Source of the DNA: Hyaloraphidium curvatum SAG 235-1
Taxonomy: Eukaryota > Fungi > Monoblepharomycota
Assembly: GCA_025558095.1 (NCBI GenBank)
Contig: JAIVFI010000042.1
Location: 393,036 to 457,035 of the forward strand
Reading direction: 5' to 3'
Length of the DNA: 64,000 bases
The notes under the pieces: generated by a model
What the model was told of the DNA's origin: nothing
The model's database searches: none
Seen by the model: only the letters and a program-made list of their open reading frames with translations
Shown here: positions 57,612 to 64,000 of the stretch, piece after piece
Layout: every line of letters begins with the position of its first letter
How positions within the stretch are numbered: position 1 is the first letter of the stretch
Position numbers and translations under genes: made by a program

Positions 57612-59642
57612 TCACCACCACCCCATCGCCGTCATGGAATGCAGCACGCTCGCCAGGTCCACGCACTCCTGCGCCACCGCGTTCCACAGCGGCCCCGTCC
57701 ACCCCCCCGCCGCGAGCACCATCTGGCACGCCGACGCCGCGGTGCCCCACCTCACGGTGCGCCGCGCGATGCGGACCACGCGGCGGGAGAGCGCCGCGAG
57801 GTCGTGCACCCGCGAGACGTCGCCGTTCATCACCACCACGTCCGCCGGCTCCGACGAGAGCGAGGACGGGTCCACGGAAATGCCGACGTCCGCCGCCGCC
57901 AGCGCCGCGGCGTCATTGGCCCCGTCCCCGACGAACGCCACCGCCCCCCACTTGTTCCTGTAGGTTTCCACCATCGCCGCCTTTTCGTGCGGCAGGCACG
58001 CGTGCCACTCGTCCGCGCCGAGCTGCTTCGCGACCGAGGCCAGGTGCGCCGACCTGTCCCCGCTCAGGACCGCCACGTGCGCGCCCGAGGCGCGGAGCTT
58101 GGCCACCAGCCTGACGGCCGACGGCCGCACGGGGTCGCGGAAGGCCACCGTCCCGCGGGCGTGCTCGGCGCCGTCGGGGGCGACGATGAGGAAGCACGCG
58201 CGCAGGGTGTCGTCGGCGCCCCCCGGGGCGGGCACGCCGCAAAAGTCCGGCGCGCCGACCTTGACCCGGAACCCGCCGACGGTGCCCGAAACGCCCAGCC
58301 CCGACTCCTCGCTGAAGTCCTCCACGCTCGGCACGGGGTCCGGCATCGCCCCGCTGTCCCTGGCGTGCCGGAACACCGCATCGGCGAGCACGTGCTTGCT
58401 CAGCCTCTCCAGCCCCGCCACCATGCCCAGCGCCTCGTCCCGCCTCCCCTCGGGCTCGCAGTGGACGGCGACGACCTCGGGGGTGCCGAACGTCAGCGTG
58501 CCCGTCTTGTCGAACACCACGCAGCGCGCGTCGGCGAGGGCTTCCAGCGCGTCCCCCGACTTGACCGTCGACCCCAGGCGCCGGCTCGCCAGCGACATGC
58601 CGCTGAGCATGGCCACGGGCACGCCGATGGCCGCGGGGCAGGGGGTCGCGGACATGAGCACCGACAGCACGGTGTCCCATGCCTCGACGGGCGGGGTGCC
58701 GCGGCGCAGGGCGAGCAGGTATCCGACGGCCGCAGCAGCCAGGGTGAGCGGGGTCAGGCCGTCCGCGATCCGCTTGCTGTTCAGCTCCACGTCCGACTTG
58801 CGCTCCAGCGCCGTGCCCAGCGTCGTGCGCATCTGCTGGAACACCGAGTCGGCGTAGGGCTTGTCGGCCCTGACCCTGACGGCGCGTGCGCCGCGGTTGA
58901 CCGTGCCGGCGTAGACCGAGTCGCCCTGCCGCTTCGGGGCGGGCGCGGGCTCGCCGGTGATCAGCGCCTCGTCGATCGCCGCGCCGTCGTCGAGGAGGGT
59001 GCCGTCGACGGCCACGCTCTCGTTGGCGCGCACCACGAAGACGTCCCCGGGCTTGACGGATTCCGCGGGCACGTCCTCGCCCGACTCCAGCCTGGCCAGG
59101 CCGGGGTTCTCGACCAGCAGCGTCTGCAGCGCCGTGCCCGCGCGGTCCATGGCCACGTGCTCCAGCGCCTCGCCGCCCGTGATCATCAGCAGGATCACGG
59201 CGGCGGCCCGATGGTGGCCCATCAGCAGCCCCAACGCGATGGCGAGGCACGCGGGCACGTCCGCGTCGCCGCCCGACAGGAACTCGGCGATGGCGGGGGC
59301 GGCGGCGAGCGCGACGAACGGCGCGAGGAAGCGGTCGAGCGTGGGCGCGCGGCGGCGCGAGGCGAGCGCGAGGGCGGCGGCGGCGCAGAGGGCGTAGAAG
59401 CGCAGGCCGGGCTCCCACTCGCCGTCGTCCTCGGCGAGCCGGCCGCCCTTGGCCTTTTCCTTCTCGGCGCGCCTCGCGCGGTATGCCTTGTACGCCCCCG
59501 CGGCCGCCGTCGCCGCCGCCAGCAGCGCAAACGCCCGGCGGCCCTTGGCCGCGCGGTACAGCGCGGGGAACCGCGGCAGCAGCACCGCTCCCGCCGCCGC
59601 AGCGGCAACGGGGAGCAGCTTGTCGGGCGCGGGCAGCGGCAT
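57612..59642 (-). CDS. P1B-type heavy-metal-transporting ATPase, intronless, P1B-5-like
   Basis: ITGE, SATPCP, FDKTGTLT, SKHVLA, LSGD, GDGANDAAAL, QECVD; no N-terminal CxxC domain. Confidence 0.93.
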   Translation of the reverse strand: MPLPAPDKLLPVAAAAAGAVLLPRFPALYRAAKGRRAFALLAAATAAAGAYKAYRARRAEKEKAKGGRLAEDDGEWEPGLRFYALCAAAALALASRRRAPTLDRFLAPFVALAAAPAIAEFLSGGDADVPACLAIALGLLMGHHRAAAVILLMITGGEALEHVAMDRAGTALQTLLVENPGLARLESGEDVPAESVKPGDVFVVRANESVAVDGTLLDDGAAIDEALITGEPAPAPKRQGDSVYAGTVNRGARAVRVRADKPYADSVFQQMRTTLGTALERKSDVELNSKRIADGLTPLTLAAAAVGYLLALRRGTPPVEAWDTVLSVLMSATPCPAAIGVPVAMLSGMSLASRRLGSTVKSGDALEALADARCVVFDKTGTLTFGTPEVVAVHCEPEGRRDEALGMVAGLERLSKHVLADAVFRHARDSGAMPDPVPSVEDFSEESGLGVSGTVGGFRVKVGAPDFCGVPAPGGADDTLRACFLIVAPDGAEHARGTVAFRDPVRPSAVRLVAKLRASGAHVAVLSGDRSAHLASVAKQLGADEWHACLPHEKAAMVETYRNKWGAVAFVGDGANDAAALAAADVGISVDPSSLSSEPADVVVMNGDVSRVHDLAALSRRVVRIARRTVRWGTAASACQMVLAAGGWTGPLWNAVAQECVDLASVLHSMTAMGWW

Positions 59643-59756
59643 CGCGAACAAGGGGGGCGGCAAGGTGGGATGGAGGGAGGCAATGGCGCGATGGCGGGCA
59701 AACACCGGGCCGGCGGCGAGGGGCGTCGAAGCCCGCGGAATCCATCCCCCACCGGC

Positions 59757-61315
59757 CTAAACAGCCAACCGGTACACCTTCCTGGCCGTCCCTGCAAAGA
59801 GCTGCCTCCTCTGCTCCGCGCCCAGGCCCATCTCGCCGCAGACGATCCAGTAGGCCCCCACGAGCTCGCCGTACGACGCGCAGAACCCGTCGACGGGGAA
59901 GTTGGAGCCGAACAAGCACCTGGAAGTCAATGTGTGAGCCCCATGTCGGCATGCGTCGGCCGGAACGCCCACCGCTCGGTCCCGAACAGCCCGAGCGTGA
60001 ACCGGACGAGGTCGCCGAACCGGTTCCGCGCGAGCTCCGAGGCGAACGGGCCCGACGACCGCGGGTGCTTGTCGTAATGGACGCCGAGCTGCTCCATCAG
60101 CCCCGAGACCTTGCAGTAGAAGCCGGGAATCCTGGGAAAGGATCGTCAGCCGACGGAACCAAGCAAGCCTCGTCGAGGGCCCACTTCTCGAAGGACCGCA
60201 TGCACGACTTCCACCTCTCGAAGCACTCGGCGTCCTCAAACACGTGGAACGGTGTGCCGAAGTGGTCGAGCACCATGGTCAGCCCGGGCGAGTCCCGCAT
60301 GATCTCCGCCACCGAGGCGGCAATCTTCTCCATGTTGTGCGGGCCTGGCGAACGGATCGTTAGGAGGGGCCCAAAAAGGGCGGAGGCACCGCGACCCACG
60401 CATGATGTACCACAGGTCAAAGACGAGGCCGAGCTTGCCGAGCGTCTTGAAGTTCTCGCGGACGTTGGGCTGGTCGAGGTACGACGGGTCCTCGTCGAAC
60501 GTGTGGAACAACCAGTCCTTGTCGGGATCGTGGGGCTGTCGCGCAAGCAATCGGTCAGGTTTGGGAAAGGGGCGGGGCGGCGCCGCATCCCACCCGCCAC
60601 CTGATCCCTCGGAAGTTGCCGAACCGCATGTGCTCCCGGATCTCCTTCTCGAAGTCGGCGGGCGACAGCTGCATGTCCGCATAGCCCTGGATCCCCGTAC
60701 CGACGCGGTTGCCCGTCTCGGCGGCCACCTGCTGCAGCCATTCCGTCTCGCCGGCGCGGTAGGACCGGTCCGTCCAGCTGGCTCTGAAACGGGTGCGTGT
60801 CACGAACGACGCGAGGCAATGAAAGGTCAGGCAGCAGCCCACTCGAGGTAGACGGTCCCGGCAACGTCGACGCCGGCCTCGGCAAAGTCCCGCTGCAGGT
60901 CCGGCCAGTTGTAGTCCCCCAAGGTCGTCAGCGGCGTCCCGGCCGCCACCAGCGCGTCCACCGCGGCCTTGGCCTCCTCATCGTCCTTGAACAGCACGGC
61001 TTTCGGGTGGCGCGGCTTGCCCGTGAGGGGCGTCGCGTTCGCCGGAGGCTCGACGCCGTGCTTGCGCCAGTCCAGGCCGACGAAACGCGTCAGCCGGCTG
61101 GGAGCGGCGCATGAGGAAGAGCTCGGGCGTGATACGCGTTGAAGCCCACCGCGGTTGGGTCTCGGCCTCCCAGATGTGGTGGTGGGAGTCTGTTGGGCGA
61201 CGGGTGAGCGCGGGGGCCGCGAGCGGGAGACAGAACGCGTCCGACCGATTACGGGAAAGTCGATCTCGGCGATGGCCGCGGCCGCCTCGGCAGAGAGTGG
61301 AGGAGCTCGGCGCAT
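59757..61315 (-). CDS. Amidohydrolase_2 family metal-dependent hydrolase, multi-exon
   Basis: FPVI|DSHHHIW, TVYLE, FRGIR, GLVFDLW, LDHFG, KVSGL, RCLFGSNFPVD. Confidence 0.85.
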
Positions 61316-61717
61316 TGCGACGGACGACGGCGGACGAAGCAGCAGCAGAACTCGCAGCTGTTTGTTCGGGATGGCGTCGCCAGCGGCCGCGCACAAGCCG
61401 ACCCCCGGGGCGAGCAGCCCCCAGGTCAACGATTGCAACAAAACTCGGCTAATTTCGAGGAGTGTTCCGCGATCTCAGTTTTGGGCATAGTCAGCCGACG
61501 TCGGTTTTCGCGAGGGCGATGCTGGGGAGAGGCGCGAGTCGCGACCTGATGCGGGCTTCGCGCCGACGACAACACATCTGGGCAGATCGCGAGGATGAGT
61601 CACTTTCCAGCTCTATCAGTTTAGACCGGTTGATTCGTGGCGCACGCGTCTCATAGCTACCGCTTCATTGAGCCTTCGGGTCCGGGACGCGTGTCACACT
61701 TGCCTCGTGGGCTCGCG

Positions 61718-62154
61718 ATGCCATGGAGCCTTCGGCCGGATACGCGGACGTTCGCCTTCGCCCTCTTCGCGGTTCTTTTTCTCTCGTGCTGGCACCTCGT
61801 GTTCCGGCGCCCGCCGGTGGGACACTGGCGGCCGACGGCGCCGGCGACGCGTCGGGACGCGGACACGCTGGCGCGGCTGTTGGCCGAGCTGCCCGCGGTG
61901 CTGGACGCGCATTTCGCGCCCATTGCTGAGCGCGGCGGCATCTCGCGGGCGGCCATGGACGCCGTGGCGGCGGGCGCCCATGGCAAATACCACGGCTGCC
62001 GCGTCGTGCAGCGCGTCGGCGGGCAGACGTACCTCGTGCCGCTGGGCGGCGAGTGGGCCGCGTGGACGGGCGGCCAGCGCTTTCAGCTGAAGCGGCTGGC
62101 CGCCGTGCTGGCGCTCTTTCCTTGGCGCGAGGTCCGGGACTTGGAGCTGGCCAT
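61718..62154 (+). pseudogene. 5' part of a type II membrane glycosyltransferase (GT90/CAP10-like), truncated by LTR insertion
   Basis: N-terminal TM anchor; LDAHFAPIAERGGISRAAMD...RDLELAI resembles the GT90 N-terminal region; protein-like sequence stops abruptly at TGTAAC (62155). Confidence 0.5.
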
Positions 62155-62350
62155 TGTAACGCGCCGGCGTCGGGGCAAGGGGGACGGTGGTCCCCGGCGA
62201 GGGAAGACTAGGCGCAGTGCTGTGTAGTGACTCCTCAACGTCGTCAACACAGGTCTTTACGGGTCCCCCGCGCCCCGTCCTGACAGTTTGACGACGTTCC
62301 AACCCTGAATCCACGTTTCCCGTTCCCCGTGACCTCGCCCTCGGTGCAGC

Positions 62351-63544
62351 ATGGCTGGCGCCGACGCTCTCCGCGATCTCCTCTCCGCGACCCCGGACCC
62401 CCAGACTCCCATCGAAGTCCTTATCGAGCGCGAAAGGGTTTTCCTTGATACCCTCGAGCCGCAGGAGCGTGCTGCTTTCGTCAGCTTCTGGGACGCCCTC
62501 GGCGACGCTCAGCCCGAGTTCATCGCGCTCCCGATCCGTGCCCAAGTCGCCACCTACCGCGCTTCCCAAGCAACCCACGTCGCGCAGCACGCTCCTCTGT
62601 CTGCTCCGATTTCGGTGTCCGCCGCTGCGCTCACGGACGCGTTTGTCGGCTCTGTCGCGCGCATGGGGTTCCTGCCCCAGCACGCCGCTGCTGCCCCAAC
62701 CGCGAAACCGATCAACGTGCCTACCCCGGACAAGTTCGACGGGACCGATCACGCACGCACCCGTTACTTCATGATGGAGGTCGACAACGCGCTCGAGCTC
62801 AAGCCGGAGCTTGCCTCGGACGCCCAAAAGATCGCGTTCTTCAGTCTGCTTCTCAAGGGCGATGCGCTCCGCTGGTTTGCTGCCCAGCAGAGCAGCTCCG
62901 GGACAATCGCGCCCTCGTGGATCTCGCTTCGCGAGGAGTTTCTCTCTACCTTTCAGATGCCACTTCGACACACTTCCGCCGTCAATGCGCTCCATGCACT
63001 CGTCCAGAAGCCCGGGCATCTGGCTGAATACGCAGTCGAATTTGAAAGCCTGAAGCCGGATGTCGAGGGCTACAGTGATGCCACGTTCATGGATATGTTC
63101 CTGGCTGGCCTCTCCGCGGAGATCGTGAACCAGATGGGCCAGCATTCGAAGCCCAGCACGTACCAGGAAGCGAAGAAGATCGCATTCGCTGCTCAAGTTC
63201 GCCTCTCCGAGCAGCAAGCTGCGCTGCGCAAAGCTCGGAGCCGCGACCGGCCCACCTCTGGGTATCCCTACCCCGGAGCGATGCAGTCAGTGCCCATCGG
63301 ATCGCATGTCTCTCCGGCAGCTCCTTCCGCAAGTGCTTCCGGCCCCGTGCCGATGGTGCTGGGCTCCGCGTCTGCATCTGGCCAGCCGGGCGGGGCTTCA
63401 GGCTCGGCGTCCTCAGGGTCGCGCGCCAAGCTGACGCCGGAGGAGCGCCAGCGCCGCCTTCGCGAGGGGCTCTGCATTTACTGTGGTCAGCCCGGTCACG
63501 TCAAGGCCTTTTGCCCCGCCAAGTCTGCATCGTCGTCTTTTTGA
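62351..63544 (+). CDS. gag: Retrotransposon Gag with CCHC zinc knuckle
   Basis: PDKFDG, LLKGDALRWF, LVQKPGHLAEYAVEF, FLAGL, ERQRRLREGLCIYCGQPGHVKAFCP. Confidence 0.93.
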   Translation: MAGADALRDLLSATPDPQTPIEVLIERERVFLDTLEPQERAAFVSFWDALGDAQPEFIALPIRAQVATYRASQATHVAQHAPLSAPISVSAAALTDAFVGSVARMGFLPQHAAAAPTAKPINVPTPDKFDGTDHARTRYFMMEVDNALELKPELASDAQKIAFFSLLLKGDALRWFAAQQSSSGTIAPSWISLREEFLSTFQMPLRHTSAVNALHALVQKPGHLAEYAVEFESLKPDVEGYSDATFMDMFLAGLSAEIVNQMGQHSKPSTYQEAKKIAFAAQVRLSEQQAALRKARSRDRPTSGYPYPGAMQSVPIGSHVSPAAPSASASGPVPMVLGSASASGQPGGASGSASSGSRAKLTPEERQRRLREGLCIYCGQPGHVKAFCPAKSASSSF

Positions 63545-63842
63545 AACGCCAGATCGGATTCCGGGGCACCTCCGACGCTGGCGATGCCAATACAAGTCTT
63601 CAGTTTTCCCGTGCCCCTTGCTTGGCGGCGTCTTCCGGGCGGCCGCCATTTCCTCTGCTCCGGTCCGACCCGATTCCTTCCTTCATCATTCCCGTGCGCA
63701 TCGTGCTTCCGGACGGCCGGCTTCGGATCGTGGACGCACTCGTGGACTCCGGCGCCGACGCCTGCTTCATGGACGTGACTTTCGCGCGCTGCGTTGGGTA
63801 CTCTTGCTTGCCGCGCTCCACGCCTTTCGGGCTCGACGTTAC
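63511..63842 (+). pseudogene. pol: Truncated pol (retroviral-type aspartic protease)
   Basis: ALVDSGADACFMD active-site motif; frame runs straight into TTAGG repeats. Confidence 0.88.
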
Positions 63843-64000
63843 TTAGGTTAGGTTAGGTTAGGTTAGGTTAGGTTAGGTTAGGTTAGGTTAGGTTAGGTTA
63901 GGTTAGGTTAGGTTAGGTTAGGTTAGGTTAGGTTAGGTTAGGTTAGGTTAGGTTAGGTTAGGTTAGGTTAGGTTAGGTTAGGTTAGGTTAGGTTAGGTTA
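63843..64000 (+). repeat. Telomeric repeat (TTAGG)n, about 31 perfect copies
   Basis: Perfect pentamer array to the end of the window, with the G-rich strand running 5'->3' toward the end. Confidence 0.97.

Larger units (their letters stand above)
62155..63842 (+). mobile_element. Ty3/gypsy LTR retrotransposon, 3' truncated by the telomere
   Basis: Candidate 5' LTR 62155-62285 (TGT...ACA), adjacent PBS, gag, then aspartic protease in the -1 frame. Confidence 0.9.

Noticed and set aside
54778-60077. 1061-aa and 977-aa plus-strand ORFs
   Set aside because: Antisense shadows of the real minus-strand genes, caused by high GC3.
32887-61315. Secondary-metabolite gene cluster (oxygenase, ligase, dioxygenase, NmrA, hydrolases, TFs)
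   Set aside because: No backbone synthase (PKS, NRPS, terpene cyclase) and the predicted localisations are inconsistent with one pathway.

Overview
GC-rich eukaryotic DNA with short GT-AG introns (donors GTGGG/GTGCG/GTGAG, CTGAC/CTAAC branch sites), ending in a (TTAGG)n telomere, so this is a chromosome end. Zn2Cys6 factors, MET2, PEX13 and a chitin deacetylase indicate a fungus; an early-diverging (chytrid/monoblepharid-like) lineage is my inference only. It holds about 30 genes or gene relics: housekeeping/metabolic genes (MET2, sterol desaturase family, SDR, PEX13, CE4 deacetylase, 2OG-Fe(II) oxygenase, SGNH hydrolase, GS-family ligase, intradiol dioxygenase, NmrA-like, P1B ATPase, amidohydrolase) mixed with locally duplicated orphan families. 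Highlights: (1) three paralogues of an orphan 7-TM protein with the architecture of the gustatory-receptor/DUF3537 ion-channel superfamily, two forming an inverted 7TM + F-box cassette duplication with a homogenised 541/577-bp core; (2) two Zn2Cys6-only genes and two transcription-factor middle-domain-only genes carrying a PP1-docking-like motif, suggesting a split regulator; (3) a short-LTR Ty3/gypsy element with a Tf1-like self-priming PBS, inserted in a GT90-like gene and cut inside its protease by the TTAGG telomere; (4) an intronless bacterial-type P1B-5 ATPase; (5) a 153-bp tandem array. Exon boundaries were read by eye and family calls rest on recognised motifs, not database searches. 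Several single-base frameshifts could be assembly errors.
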